A stretch of 64,000 nucleotides of DNA from Longimicrobiales bacterium. GTDB taxonomy: Bacteria > Gemmatimonadota > Gemmatimonadetes > Longimicrobiales > Gaopeijiaceae. The translations under genes and the position numbers were made by a program. Below, piece after piece: positions 43,505 through 54,095 of this stretch; positions within the stretch are counted from its first letter, which is position 1; each line of letters begins with the position of its first letter. The stretch spans positions 2,154,302 through 2,218,301 of the forward strand of contig OY730414.1 in NCBI GenBank assembly GCA_963422615.1, given 5' to 3'. The notes under the pieces are model-generated. The model ran no database searches and had not been told where the DNA came from. It saw nothing but the letters and a program-made list of their open reading frames with translations.

Positions 43505-44062
43505 TCATATGGATCCTATACAAGGAAGGTGCCGAAAGTCTTCCCCGAAATCCAACCCGTACCCGACCAGGAAATCTTTCGGTGCGTCAAATCCGACCCA
43601 GCGCGGCTCCTTCACAAGCTGCTTCAGCCGCTTGTGAAGGAGGGTGCATATCTCGAGGCTCGCGGGATTCCGCTCCAGGAGCAGCGGAACCAAGCGGTTG
43701 ACGGTGTTTCCGCTGTCCACGATGTCTTCGACCAGGACGACATTGCGCCCTGCCAGCGACGCGCCCGGGTCGTACACGAGCCGTACCTCGCCTGAACTCA
43801 CCCGCCGTTTTCCGTAGCTTGACGCCTGGATGAAGTCGACATGAACGGGATGGGGAATCCGCCGAACCAGGTCGGCAACAAAAATGAACGAACCCTTGAG
43901 CAGACCCAGCACCAGCAGGTCTTCTCCGGGGCCGTAGGCGGAACCGATCTCCCGCCCCATCTCTTCAACCCGGGCCCGGATCATTTCCTCGGTGAAGACC
44001 ACCTTGCGGAGGCGGCGGGCTCCCAGCTGCCTGCGAGCCACGGTATCCAGGACGGCTTCCAT
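43505..44062 (-). CDS. hpt: Hypoxanthine phosphoribosyltransferase
   Basis: LLKGSFIF, VEDIVDSGNT and FLVGYGLD. ATG overlaps the tilS stop. Confidence 0.95.
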   Translation of the reverse strand: MEAVLDTVARRQLGARRLRKVVFTEEMIRARVEEMGREIGSAYGPGEDLLVLGLLKGSFIFVADLVRRIPHPVHVDFIQASSYGKRRVSSGEVRLVYDPGASLAGRNVVLVEDIVDSGNTVNRLVPLLLERNPASLEICTLLHKRLKQLVKEPRWVGFDAPKDFLVGYGLDFGEDFRHLPCIGSI

Positions 44063-45540
44063 TACCCCTCTCCTGGCTGGGGAGACGTTCGGGAGACGGA
44101 GATCTCCACAAAACGCAAACCGGCGTCGGAGGACCGGGAAGGGGGGCTTGTCAGACCCGGAACCCACAGGACGGATCCGTCGGCGTCGGCAAGTACGGGA
44201 TGGCCGGGGCGGCGGTCGCCGGGAATACGCGCCTCCAAGAGGAGTTTCGTCACCTTTTTTTTTCCGTAAGGCAGGGAGACACGGTCGCCTGGCCTCCACG
44301 GGCGCACGACGAGGGGGAACCGTACATCTTCCGGGGAGAGGCGCGCAACCATCGGGAACCCCCGCCGGGGAAAGGAACCCCAAGCCACTTGGACCTCCTG
44401 TACCCCCCAAACGTAGCCTTCCTCTCCGCTCCTCCCTACCGCCGGGATCCGCACGCAGGGGGGCGAAGGGTCCACGGAAGCGGCGTCGGGTTCGCCCAGG
44501 CGCCGGATCCGGAAATGGTCCAGGCGGTGTTCCACGGTCACGTTACCCGGGAGGATCACGCGGCGGCCACTGGAAGACTCCTGGACGAAGCGAACCAGGT
44601 CGGCGGTTCCCTTCCGCCCGGGCTCGGCCCCGAAGCGGGAGACGCTCCGGCGCAGAAGAACGGTCAGAACAGGGCCGGAAAGGGCCCGGAGGGCGGCCCG
44701 CGGGAGCGCCAGTTCGGGCGGCGGCCCGGCTGAACGGGCTGGCTTCGGGGGGGCCTCGTTCTGCTCGCAACCAACGAGCTCGCCTCCTCCTCCCTCGGTA
44801 AGGGCCTCGATCCGACGGTCCAGGAGCTCGGCCAGGGCGGCGGATTCGAGACGGCTGGTCTCGGCCAGGGCGACGAGGGACGCCGTCGCTCCCGGGACCG
44901 CCTGTTCCAGAGCCGGCAACACCCGGTGGCGGAGCCTGTTGCGGGTCCAACGGAGGTCCCGGTTGGAGGGGTCCTCTCTGAACGGAATCCTCCGGTCGAT
45001 TGCGAAGGCCTCCACTTCGGCTCTCCAGAAAGGCAGCAAGGGACGGAGGATGGACGGGGACCGCTCGGGCCGGATCCCGCCAAGTCCCCGGGGGCCGCCC
45101 CCTCGGGCGGCCCTGAAGAGCACCGTCTCCGCTTGGTCGTCGGCCGTGTGGGCGGTTGCCACCCGGGCACCGGGACCCACCCCTCTTCTTACGCCTTCGA
45201 AGAAGCGGTAGCGCAAGTCTCTCCCTTCGGCCTCCGTCGAGACCGGAGAGACGGCCGTGTGGAGGTGAAACGCCACCCCCCACTGGGCGCAAACAGCCTC
45301 CACCCACGCCGCGTCCCCTTCGCTCCCTCTTCGCATACGATGGTCAACGTGGGCGGCATGAAGGGAAGCGGGGGGAATCCTCATGGAAAATCGGAGCAGG
45401 TACAGCAGGGTCATGGAGTCGATGCCGCCCGAGAGGGCCACCACCAGTCCGGTCCCGTCTTCCATCCAACCCGATGCCCCAGCCCCAGCGTGGCGCCGGA
45501 CCCGGGCTTCAAGTCCGTCCTTGCCGGCCCGATTCGTCAC
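44062..45540 (-). CDS. tilS: tRNA(Ile)-lysidine synthase
   Basis: ALSGGIDS, HVDHRMR, ATAHTADDQAET and RNRLRH; conserved tilS-hpt-ftsH order. Confidence 0.93.
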   Translation of the reverse strand: MTNRAGKDGLEARVRRHAGAGASGWMEDGTGLVVALSGGIDSMTLLYLLRFSMRIPPASLHAAHVDHRMRRGSEGDAAWVEAVCAQWGVAFHLHTAVSPVSTEAEGRDLRYRFFEGVRRGVGPGARVATAHTADDQAETVLFRAARGGGPRGLGGIRPERSPSILRPLLPFWRAEVEAFAIDRRIPFREDPSNRDLRWTRNRLRHRVLPALEQAVPGATASLVALAETSRLESAALAELLDRRIEALTEGGGGELVGCEQNEAPPKPARSAGPPPELALPRAALRALSGPVLTVLLRRSVSRFGAEPGRKGTADLVRFVQESSSGRRVILPGNVTVEHRLDHFRIRRLGEPDAASVDPSPPCVRIPAVGRSGEEGYVWGVQEVQVAWGSFPRRGFPMVARLSPEDVRFPLVVRPWRPGDRVSLPYGKKKVTKLLLEARIPGDRRPGHPVLADADGSVLWVPGLTSPPSRSSDAGLRFVEISVSRTSPQPGEG

Positions 45541-46436
45541 GGCGATCCGATCCGCCCGGAGGAACCGGCGGCGGTTCCGGGGACGTCCGTTCCGGGCTTT
45601 CCGCTCCGCCGTCCCGGGGGAGCCGGCCTGCCCGCAACCTCGACCAGAACATCCGCGAGGAGGTCGGGGCGGTCCGTCTGGATCCCGTCGACCCCCCAAG
45701 CCAGCAGTCGACGCATGTCGTCCGGGTCGTCCACGGTCCACACGTGCACGGGGATATTCCTATCGTGGGCCCCCCGGATCAGAGCCGGGGTGAGAATGCG
45801 AATCTGTCCCGACCGCTGGGGGATCTGGAACGCGTCGGCGGAAGGGACATACAGGCGCCCCAGGAGAGGAAGCCGGGACAGCGCCCAGAAGGGAACCAGG
45901 TGGCTCCGGGACGCGCCCCACGGGCCAGGGTAGCCTCGAGCCTCTCTGCGCGTGCCCTCGAACTCGGCTGCGATGAGGACGCGGTGCTCGGCTGCCCGGG
46001 AACGGATGACTTCCGCAAGGGGTCTTGCCGCCTCCGGGGCCTTGGACTCCACATTGATCCGGGTGCGGGGAAACGCATCCAGGACCTCTTCGAAGAGGGG
46101 AATCCGTACTCCCCTTCCCCGGAGAGAGCGCTGGCCGTTCAGGTCCCGGAAGCGGTACCCCGCATCCAATTCCCTGGCCCGGGCCCAGGACATCCGGCGA
46201 ATGGAACCCGTCCCGTCGGTGGTCCTGTCCACGGTTTCGTCGTGAAGGACCACCACCCGCCCATCGGCGGTGAGGCGCACGTCCATCTCCAGGATGTCGG
46301 CATCCCAGTCGTCCACCGCCTGGCGAAAGGCAGCGACGGTGTTTTCCGGAGCCAGCTTGGCCCCGCCCCGGTGGGCCACGAGCAGGGGGGCGCCCGCGAA
46401 GTAGGGGTGACCGGGACGAATTCGGGGCGAAGTCAT
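45537..46436 (-). CDS. Glycerophosphodiester phosphodiesterase
   Basis: AHRGG, PENT, LEMDVRLT, HD, WTVDD and GIQTDRP. Confidence 0.92.
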   Translation of the reverse strand: MTSPRIRPGHPYFAGAPLLVAHRGGAKLAPENTVAAFRQAVDDWDADILEMDVRLTADGRVVVLHDETVDRTTDGTGSIRRMSWARARELDAGYRFRDLNGQRSLRGRGVRIPLFEEVLDAFPRTRINVESKAPEAARPLAEVIRSRAAEHRVLIAAEFEGTRREARGYPGPWGASRSHLVPFWALSRLPLLGRLYVPSADAFQIPQRSGQIRILTPALIRGAHDRNIPVHVWTVDDPDDMRRLLAWGVDGIQTDRPDLLADVLVEVAGRPAPPGRRSGKPGTDVPGTAAGSSGRIGSP

Positions 46437-46488
46437 GAAACGGGTTGGTGAGGAACGTGCCCCGGCATTCCGGACGCCCGCGGCGGGT

Positions 46489-47247
46489 TCACCGGATCCT
46501 TCCTGCGACCCGATCGTAGAGGGCTCGGGGAAAGGACCTGGCAAGGGTGGCCACCGAAGCCAGCTGCCAGGGGAATGCGACCGACCGCCGCCGGGATAGA
46601 ATCGCCCGGACGATGCGGTCGGAAGCGGCATCCAGATCCATCAGGAAGGGCCGGGCCCTGCCGTCGTCTCGGGTCATCTCCGTGCGCACGAAGCCAGGGT
46701 TGATGACCGTCACGGCGATGCCCCGCGGGCGCAGGTCCATGCGAATGCTCTCGAAAAAGTTGATCATGGCCCCCTTGGACGCACAGTAGGCGGCCCTTCC
46801 CGGGAGCCCGTTGAACCCCGCCAGGCTCCCCACGGCCGCCAAGTGGCCGGAGCGGCGCCGCAACATCTCCGGAAGAACAGCGTCCACCGCGTGCACGGCG
46901 CCCATGAAGTTCACCTTGAGTATCTGGTGGACTTCCTCACTGTCCAGCGTTTCCACAGGGGTGTGGTCGCCGACCCCGGCGTTGGCGACGAGAAGGTCGA
47001 CGGGGCCCAAGGCGAGGCGGCAAGCCGCCACCGCGGAGCGGACCTGCGCCGGATCGGCAACATCGCAACCGTGTACTGAAGCCACCCCGTCGTAGTCCTT
47101 GATGTCGCCGGCCACCTCTTCCAACCGATCGGTGCGACGCGCCGCAAGACCGACCGCATATCCCTCCTGGGTCAGCCGAACCGCCAAACTCCGGCCGATC
47201 CCCGAGGACGCGCCGGTCACCAGGGCCACGGGGGGGTCGGCGTTCAC
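46489..47247 (-). CDS. Short-chain dehydrogenase/reductase
   Basis: TGASSGIG, ANAG, YCASK and PGFVRT. GTG start with AGGAGAGG RBS. Confidence 0.92.
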   Translation of the reverse strand: MNADPPVALVTGASSGIGRSLAVRLTQEGYAVGLAARRTDRLEEVAGDIKDYDGVASVHGCDVADPAQVRSAVAACRLALGPVDLLVANAGVGDHTPVETLDSEEVHQILKVNFMGAVHAVDAVLPEMLRRRSGHLAAVGSLAGFNGLPGRAAYCASKGAMINFFESIRMDLRPRGIAVTVINPGFVRTEMTRDDGRARPFLMDLDAASDRIVRAILSRRRSVAFPWQLASVATLARSFPRALYDRVAGRIR

Positions 47248-47314
47248 GGCAACCTCTCCTTGCAGCGGGCGGCTCCGCCCCGGTCTCCGGACCGCCCTGG
47301 GGCGAACCCGGTGT

Positions 47315-49648
47315 TCACGGCCCGGGCCCAGGGTCCGGGTCGGCAGGGGGGAGGCGGCCCGTCGTGAGCTCCAGGACGATCCGATCCGCGTCGTAGATTT
47401 CGTCCAGGGCCTCAAGGATTCCGCGGGCGTCCACCGCCACCGAACGATTCCGCTCCGGCATGTAGATGTATTCGCCGGGCAAGCTCTCGATGTTTCCGTC
47501 AAAGACCAATCCCACGACCTCCAGCTCCCGGTTCACCACGGGGGAGCCGGAATTTCCCCCGATAATGTCCGCGGTCGTCACGAAGTTCAGGGGAGTGGCA
47601 AGGTTGAAGGTTTCGGGCGGATCCCGCCAGCGGGGCGGAAGGGCCCATTCTTCGGCACCCGGGTTCGAATGGTGCCGGTCGTACAAGCCGTAGAAGGTCG
47701 TTCGGGCAGGCGCGAAGGTGCCGTTGTAGGGGTATCCGGCCACCACCCCGTCTGCCAGGCGGAGGGAGAAGGTGGCGTCGGGGGGAACCCGGGTGCCGCT
47801 GACCTCGAACCTGGCTCTGCCCAGGCTGGCCGCGATCTCATCCTCCTGGGGAATCACGGACGACATCAGCCCCTGAAAGGGTCCGAAGCGTTGGAGCATC
47901 CCCTGGATGAAGGCAAAAGCCGGCTCGGAGGCCGGGTCAAGCGTGCCCCCGAGGAGGGCTTCCTCGGCCCGAGCGGAATCCGCCAGTGCCGAAGTGGCCA
48001 TCAGCGCCCTGGCGGCACTCTGCGAGCTCCCCCCGCCCAGGAGCGCTTGGACCCAAGCGTCGTCTTCGCCAAAGGCATGGGCGAAGTCTTCGAAGCGAGC
48101 CACGAGCAGCGCTTCGTCCAGATCGGCGGGACGGTTCTCCACCTCTCGGAGCTGGCCCAGGTAGGCGTCCAGCTCCTCCGGAGACGCGCCCTGGCGCTGG
48201 GCGAAGAGGTACTGGTAGGCCGCCAAGGTACGAAGAATCAATCCCGATTCGTGCTCCGGACTTCCGAAGGCTGCGAACGCCTTCAGCTCCGCCGCTTGAT
48301 CCGCCTTCTGCTCCTGGATCCCCGCCATTTCGTCGAAGAGGGAAAGGTAGGCATCCTCTCGGGACGAATCGGCCCCCAGCGCCTGCCGAAACGCGGTCTC
48401 TGCAGCGGTCCGGCGGGCGATGACGGAAGGGTTCCGGAGTCCCTCCAGCATTCCCGTATACGCCTTTCTGGCGTTGAGAAGGCCGAAGAGAGAGTTTCGA
48501 ACCTGGCCGGTCCCCGACTCCCCTTGGCGTCCCGCCAGATAGCCCTCCAACACCCCGATTCTGGATTCGATGAAGGACAAGAGCACAGGCATCTCCACAT
48601 CCCGGCGGAACGCCAGTTCGGCCACCGTCTGGAGTCGGGAGGTGCTTCCCGGATTCCCGATCACGAACACCACGTCCCCCGCCGAAGCCCCCGACTCGCT
48701 CCACCGAAAGTAATCGGTCGTCGGGAGGGGTTCGCCGTCGCTGCCATAAAGGCGAAAGAAGGCGACATCCAGGGCGTATCGGGGGTAGGTGAAGTTGTCG
48801 GGATCCCCCCCGAAGTAGCCGAGTTGGAGCTCGGGGGCCATGACCAGCTTCGCCCGGGTATAGCGCCGGAAAACGTAGGCCGAATACAGTCCGCCGTTGT
48901 AGAGGGAAACCACCTCAACCTCGATTCCGGCGTCTTCCCCGCCCCGCTCTTCCCGGATTCGCGCAGCAATCGCTTCCATGGCCCGGTCTCGGGCCGACGC
49001 TCGCTCGGCAGGCCCGCTGACAACGGCCACCGCCTCTCGGACCTCTGCCGTCACGCTGACGATCTCGACCAACTGGTCCGCCTCGAAGTCCTCTACCCAG
49101 CGCTCGGCGTTCAGAGAAGGGGCGTAGAATCCCATGTTGAGAAGATCTTCTTCCTCTCCGCCGACCTGGGTGACAAACGCTCGTGCGCAATGATGGTTGG
49201 TCATCACCAATCCATGGGGAGACACGAGAGAAGCCGAGCAGTCGGGAATTCGCAGGGCGCCCAGGCGGGCCCGGGCGTACCAGCCGCTGTCCGGGGCGAA
49301 GTCGTAGTTGTCTTGCAGATACGCCGTCGGAGGCGCATCGAAGGTCCACATTTTTCCGTTGTCGAAGGCTCCGGCCCGAATCGTGTCCAAAGCCGGGACG
49401 GCGGGTTCTCCGGCTTCCCCGAGAAGGGCCGCTTCCCGGCCCGCGGGAGGGGCGTCCAGGTCGGTGGGCGGCGGCGCGGCGACGGGAACGGCAGCACCCG
49501 CGCAACCCACAAGGAACAGGGCCGCGGCCGGGAGAAGTGACCGGCCGATTCCGGGAGACCCTAGACGGTGGGTCCGGAAGACGCGTGCAGCCAGAAGACG
49601 ACGCGGGGAATCGGGGTGGTGACGGAAGGAAGTCGAGCCGGAGCTCAT
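47315..49648 (-). CDS. S46 family dipeptidyl peptidase (DPP7-like), probable lipoprotein
   Basis: FLVGC lipobox-like, GKMWT, TNHHC, GNPGST, DIIGGNSGSP and FDGN. Confidence 0.92.
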   Translation of the reverse strand: MSSGSTSFRHHPDSPRRLLAARVFRTHRLGSPGIGRSLLPAAALFLVGCAGAAVPVAAPPPTDLDAPPAGREAALLGEAGEPAVPALDTIRAGAFDNGKMWTFDAPPTAYLQDNYDFAPDSGWYARARLGALRIPDCSASLVSPHGLVMTNHHCARAFVTQVGGEEEDLLNMGFYAPSLNAERWVEDFEADQLVEIVSVTAEVREAVAVVSGPAERASARDRAMEAIAARIREERGGEDAGIEVEVVSLYNGGLYSAYVFRRYTRAKLVMAPELQLGYFGGDPDNFTYPRYALDVAFFRLYGSDGEPLPTTDYFRWSESGASAGDVVFVIGNPGSTSRLQTVAELAFRRDVEMPVLLSFIESRIGVLEGYLAGRQGESGTGQVRNSLFGLLNARKAYTGMLEGLRNPSVIARRTAAETAFRQALGADSSREDAYLSLFDEMAGIQEQKADQAAELKAFAAFGSPEHESGLILRTLAAYQYLFAQRQGASPEELDAYLGQLREVENRPADLDEALLVARFEDFAHAFGEDDAWVQALLGGGSSQSAARALMATSALADSARAEEALLGGTLDPASEPAFAFIQGMLQRFGPFQGLMSSVIPQEDEIAASLGRARFEVSGTRVPPDATFSLRLADGVVAGYPYNGTFAPARTTFYGLYDRHHSNPGAEEWALPPRWRDPPETFNLATPLNFVTTADIIGGNSGSPVVNRELEVVGLVFDGNIESLPGEYIYMPERNRSVAVDARGILEALDEIYDADRIVLELTTGRLPPADPDPGPGP

Positions 49649-49730
49649 GGAATATCCTTCAAGAATCGGAGGGATCGGTAGGGGTCGGCGGCGGCACGTC
49701 GAAGGCGCGGTTGTATACGGTAAGCCGTCT

Positions 49731-50540
49731 TCAGGGACTCCGGCGTCGTTCCCGCTGAGCCGCGGCCTTCTCCACGAGCCGCCGGAGCTCGGCGATGGGT
49801 TCCGGGTGGTCGTCGACCTGGAGCCGCAACACCACATCGTTGTTGAGCCACACGCCCCCATCTTCCTTGACCACCAGCATGGCCGCCGACTGCATCCCTC
49901 GACGGTCGCCGCCGGCCTCCTGGCCCGCCTCCAGCGCCGCTTGCAGCCGCAGGGAAATGTGCCCTTCCGTCGTTTCGAAGGCGTCGACCATGGCGTCGAC
50001 GACCTCGGGTCCAGCCAGGATATTGCCCTGAGCCGAGCAGTGTTTGCCGATCCTGTGACCCGCCCATTCACTGGCCCGGGGGCCCGTATGCGTGGCCACC
50101 TCACCCAGGGCGTTCATCACGGAAAACTGGCGGCCTTCCCGGGTCCACCGCTCCGGAGCGGGGTTCGGGTCCCGGGCCAAAATCTCCTGCACGGCCTCTT
50201 CGGGCGCATAGCCTTCGCGAAGCAGTTCCAGAGCCTGGGGACCATAGCTGACGTCCACAATGGCCTGGGTCGCGACCACCCCGACTCCAGCTTCGCCCCA
50301 GATGACCCCGTTGCCCACGGAGAACACCCGGGACTGAACGGCAACGCCCGCTTCTTCGGTGACCGGATCGAATCCGAGGATCGAAAAGGTGGCGACGGGA
50401 GGCCAAGGCTTCCCGTTTCCAGCCTGGAAGTGGGGAAAGCAGGACGTCAGCAACAGGCCCATGACCGAGACGAGGGACCCGAGTTTCGCGCCGGCGTACC
50501 CGGGAGCCCGCCTGCGCGACCGTCGAAGGAGAACCGTCAT
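49731..50540 (-). CDS. DUF1028 (Ntn-hydrolase-like) protein
   Basis: TFSI, GVAVQS, VATQA, AQGNIL, GGDRRGMQSAA and VDDH. Confidence 0.88.
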   Translation of the reverse strand: MTVLLRRSRRRAPGYAGAKLGSLVSVMGLLLTSCFPHFQAGNGKPWPPVATFSILGFDPVTEEAGVAVQSRVFSVGNGVIWGEAGVGVVATQAIVDVSYGPQALELLREGYAPEEAVQEILARDPNPAPERWTREGRQFSVMNALGEVATHTGPRASEWAGHRIGKHCSAQGNILAGPEVVDAMVDAFETTEGHISLRLQAALEAGQEAGGDRRGMQSAAMLVVKEDGGVWLNNDVVLRLQVDDHPEPIAELRRLVEKAAAQRERRRSP

Positions 50541-50687
50541 TTCGTCCTCTCTATGGCTCGGGGGTGCGGGGACGTGCGCGTGCGGGCACGCCGGTTCACT
50601 GCCCCGCCTCCGTGGGTTCTGGGGAAACGAGATCGGGGGGACGGGCGGTTGGCTCATATGAATTCGAATTCCAGAAGGGTCGGGTCT

Positions 50688-52937
50688 TCAGTCGGTTCCT
50701 TCCAGCACGTCAACGGCCTGACTCATTGCCTCGGCAGCCCGCCGAATCGCTTCCGCCAAGCGTTCCATCTGATCGGAAACCAGCTCCCACTCCCGCTCTT
50801 CAATCGCCTCCCGGACCCCCGGCAGCGTCTTCACGCCGTATCCCGTGTAAAACCCGGGGGCGTAGATCTGGTGCTTGAACCAGGGGCGCTTCGGCAGGCC
50901 CCGTTCGTCGGTCAGGAGCTGCTCAATCTTCATGGTATGTCCATTGAGCGTCTCCGCGTCCTCGGGATCCGGCCCGCCCCCGGCCAGCGTCCGGGCCACG
51001 GCCGCGTCGTAACCGGCGGCGGCCTCGTCCAGGAAAGCCACGGCGTTGCGAACCGGAGCAAAGTTCAGGTAAGGGACGGGGTCCTCGGGCTCCGGCGGCA
51101 CGAAGGGTGTGGTGGGATCGGCGGCGAGCGTGTAGGCCCCCTTCCCGATCAGGCGGTTCTCCCTTTCGGTGCGGCTCCGCATGTCCGTGGCCAGCGTTTC
51201 CACTTCCTCCAGGTAGCGCTTCACGTTGTCGGCCAGGCCCGAATAGCCGTACGGGAGGAGATCGGCGTTGGCCATCCGGAGGGTCACCCGGCCTGCCACC
51301 TTGGCCAGAGCGATCCCGTACTGGAAGCCGGGATCGCCGAAGCGGATGTAGTGGTCAAAGGAATCGTACTGGGAGTGGTAGGACCCGCCGCCGCCTTCTC
51401 CGCCGAAACTCAGGTTCAGCACCGGGAGTCCCAAGTGCTGCAGAAACGGGGTGTAATCCGACCCCGATCCCAGGGGTGAGATGCGCAGATCTCCCCGGGT
51501 CAAGGCCTCGCCGTCTCCTCGGACCGCACGGGCAGCCCGAACTCGCTCAAAGACGCTCACTCCGGTCTGGGGATCCGTCACGTCCCGGGCGACGGCATTG
51601 ATCATGGCCTCCAGGCTGTGGGACCCGCCCATGTTCAGGAAGCCCCGGTTGTTCCCGTCCGTGTTGATGTAGACCGTCACGCGTTCCTTGAGCTCGGGCC
51701 CGTGATGTTCCGCCCACTCCGTTGAGCCCAACAGGGCCGGTTCCTCCGCGTCCCACCCCGCGTACACGATGGTCCGCCTGGGACGCCAGCCGGTTTCCAT
51801 GAGCTTGCCGATGGAGCGGGCCTCTTCCATGAGGGCCACCATGCCGCTGGTGGGGTCGGCTGCGCCCATGGCCCATCCGTCCCGGTGATTGCCCCGCACC
51901 ACCCACTGGTCGGGATACTCCGACCCCCGAATCTTCGCGATTACGTTGTAGGCGGGTGTAATGTCCCAGTTGAACGCCAACCGGAGTCGCACCGTCGCAG
52001 GGCCGGGTCCCACGTGGTAGGTCAGGGGCAGGGCCCCGCGCCAGGACTCCGGGGCCACCGGTCCCGCCAGGGCCTCCAGGAGGGGCTTGGCGTCGCCCCA
52101 AGAGATGGGCAGAACCGGAATCTTCATGATCGTGGGCGCCTCAAGGCGGTCCAGGCGGGGCGCGTCGGGCGTGGCGCCCCGACCAGGGGTGAGGGGGTCC
52201 CCGGGGTACTGGGGCATGTCCAGCACGGAGCCCCGCTGCACCCCATGCTCCTGGCGGAACGCCCCTTGGGGGTAGGTGTCGCCGCGGTAGTACCCATCGT
52301 CTCGGGGGTCGGAGTAGAGGATTGCGCCAATGGCCCCCCTTTCGTGGGCAACCTTGGGCTTGATTCCCCTCCAGGACCCGCCATACCGAGCGATCACGAT
52401 TTTGCCGCGCACATCAATGCCCCGCCGTTCCAGCGCTTCGTAGTCGGCGGGGATTCCGTAGTTCACGTACACGAGTTCACCCGTCACGTCGCCGTCTGCC
52501 GAGTAGGCGTTGTACGGCGGCAGGCGGTCCTCTTCAATTCCCGAGGTTCGGTCCTCGGCCAGGGCCGGCTCCCGGAGGCGCGCCCTGTATCGGGTGGGAG
52601 CCACCATTTCCAGCTCCCGGATCCGGGGCGTCGGGAAGAGCACGTGGTACTCCTCCAGCTCGGCTTCAAATCCCCAGGAACGGAACCGTTCCACCATCCA
52701 CTCCGCTGTCTCCCTGTTGTGGGGAGACCCGACGTAGATGGGTTTGGAGACGATGTACTCCATCCAGTCCCGGAGGTTGTTCGGGTCCAGGGCGTCGTCG
52801 TACCGGGCTTCCAGCTCCCGCTGGAAATCCGAGTTTTCCGGCGTGAAGCCCGAAATCGGACCGTCGCTCAGGGGCCTGGGGACTGCGGCCATCCCGGCAG
52901 CCACGAGAAAAACCGAAAAAGAGCCGAATGTTTTCAT
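50688..52937 (-). CDS. M28B glutamate carboxypeptidase II-like peptidase (PA and transferrin-receptor dimerisation domains)
   Basis: YVNYG, GDPLTPG, GNHRDGW, DPTSG, WDAEE, GSGSDY, YHSQYD and WFKHQIYAPG. Confidence 0.93.
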   Translation of the reverse strand: MKTFGSFSVFLVAAGMAAVPRPLSDGPISGFTPENSDFQRELEARYDDALDPNNLRDWMEYIVSKPIYVGSPHNRETAEWMVERFRSWGFEAELEEYHVLFPTPRIRELEMVAPTRYRARLREPALAEDRTSGIEEDRLPPYNAYSADGDVTGELVYVNYGIPADYEALERRGIDVRGKIVIARYGGSWRGIKPKVAHERGAIGAILYSDPRDDGYYRGDTYPQGAFRQEHGVQRGSVLDMPQYPGDPLTPGRGATPDAPRLDRLEAPTIMKIPVLPISWGDAKPLLEALAGPVAPESWRGALPLTYHVGPGPATVRLRLAFNWDITPAYNVIAKIRGSEYPDQWVVRGNHRDGWAMGAADPTSGMVALMEEARSIGKLMETGWRPRRTIVYAGWDAEEPALLGSTEWAEHHGPELKERVTVYINTDGNNRGFLNMGGSHSLEAMINAVARDVTDPQTGVSVFERVRAARAVRGDGEALTRGDLRISPLGSGSDYTPFLQHLGLPVLNLSFGGEGGGGSYHSQYDSFDHYIRFGDPGFQYGIALAKVAGRVTLRMANADLLPYGYSGLADNVKRYLEEVETLATDMRSRTERENRLIGKGAYTLAADPTTPFVPPEPEDPVPYLNFAPVRNAVAFLDEAAAGYDAAVARTLAGGGPDPEDAETLNGHTMKIEQLLTDERGLPKRPWFKHQIYAPGFYTGYGVKTLPGVREAIEEREWELVSDQMERLAEAIRRAAEAMSQAVDVLEGTD

Positions 52938-53180
52938 GAAGGGATGACTTCCGGGGTTGAAGGCGGACAGAAGGCCAAGCTGCAAGCCAGGGTCCCTTGA
53001 AGACAAGGGTTCGAACGACCAAGCCCGCATCAAACGACGCGAACAGGGCACCGGCGTTTCCGTCTGTCGGGACGGGGACGACTGCCCCAATGGGGATTTG
53101 GTGACGTCGCCTATCGCATCCTGTCGTACCAGGAATACGATCGGTTACCTTGAGAGTCGCCCGTAGATTAGGATCCGAAG

Positions 53181-53708
53181 ATGACTGACGGAACCATCCG
53201 GCTCATCGGCGGCGGAGCGGCGAAGGGATCGGCCGACCTGTTCGCCCGCCTGGACGATCTGGGGATCGCCCATGAAACGATGGAGCACGCCCCCGTCTTC
53301 ACCGTGGAAGAGGCGCGCTCCCTGCGGGGCCGGATCCCCGGAGCCCACTCGAAGAACCTCTTCCTTCGCGACAAGAAGGAACGGCATTGGCTGGTCTCGT
53401 GCCTCGGCCACAGGACCGTGGACTTGGCGTGGCTCGCCCGTCGACTGGAAACGAAGCGCCTTACGTTCTGCAGCAAACGGAGGTTGTCGGGTTACCTGGG
53501 AATTCGCCCCGGGGCCGTGTCCCCCTTTGCGATCCTGAACGACGTGGGAGGCGTTGTGAGCGTGGCCCTGGACGAAGCCCTCCTGGAGCTGGAACCGCTC
53601 AATTTTCACCCCCTCGACAACGCCAAGACCACGTCCGTTTCCAGAGCCGGACTGATGTGCTTCCTCGAAGCCGAACGCCACACCCCGAAGACCCTACGCT
53701 TTCCCTAA
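53181..53708 (+). CDS. YbaK/ProX-family aminoacyl-tRNA deacylase (ProX/PrdX-like)
   Basis: HAPVFTVEE, KNLFLRDKK, GAVSPF and NFHPLDN. Confidence 0.9.
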   Translation: MTDGTIRLIGGGAAKGSADLFARLDDLGIAHETMEHAPVFTVEEARSLRGRIPGAHSKNLFLRDKKERHWLVSCLGHRTVDLAWLARRLETKRLTFCSKRRLSGYLGIRPGAVSPFAILNDVGGVVSVALDEALLELEPLNFHPLDNAKTTSVSRAGLMCFLEAERHTPKTLRFP

Positions 53709-54095
53709 AGCCCGGATCCTCCTCCTTGGGGGTAGCGGCACCCTGTGGGCGGAGTTCTCCCGCCTCGCTATGCCGGGTCCGCGGGCTCCACAATTGGGGC
53801 CGTCGCATGACGCTCGAAGGGGCGCTCACAAGGAATGCGGTCCGGCGGCCAAGCGGGAGAGCCGTGTCGTTGCCTGTCCCCGGACGGCCTTGCCGGAAGA
53901 CCGATCAGTAATGAAGTTCTTACTCATGGCGGGAGAGTTGGATCGTAGTGCGGAATGGGCTGGACCCCGGTTGACCCGCCGTTGGCCGCTCCGATGCCCC
54001 CGGGCACTCCGGGCGCTCATGTGCTGATCATGCGTTCACAGCCGTAGTCCGATTCCCCAGGGTGGCCCCGGTTCCCCCGCTGTCCAGAACAATCC

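Noticed and set aside
44253..44263. T-run on the plus strand (A-run on the coding strand) in tilS
   Set aside because: It encodes GKKK in frame in an essential gene, and there is no duplicated cassette nearby.
47099..49540. 813-aa plus-strand ORF, and similar long antisense ORFs at 17895, 23789, 28000, 34979 and 49647
   Set aside because: All lie opposite well-supported genes and lack family motifs.
53709..54095. Long intergenic region as a possible tRNA, ncRNA or ops element
   Set aside because: No cloverleaf, riboswitch consensus or exact ops motif recognised by eye; an Rfam search would be needed.
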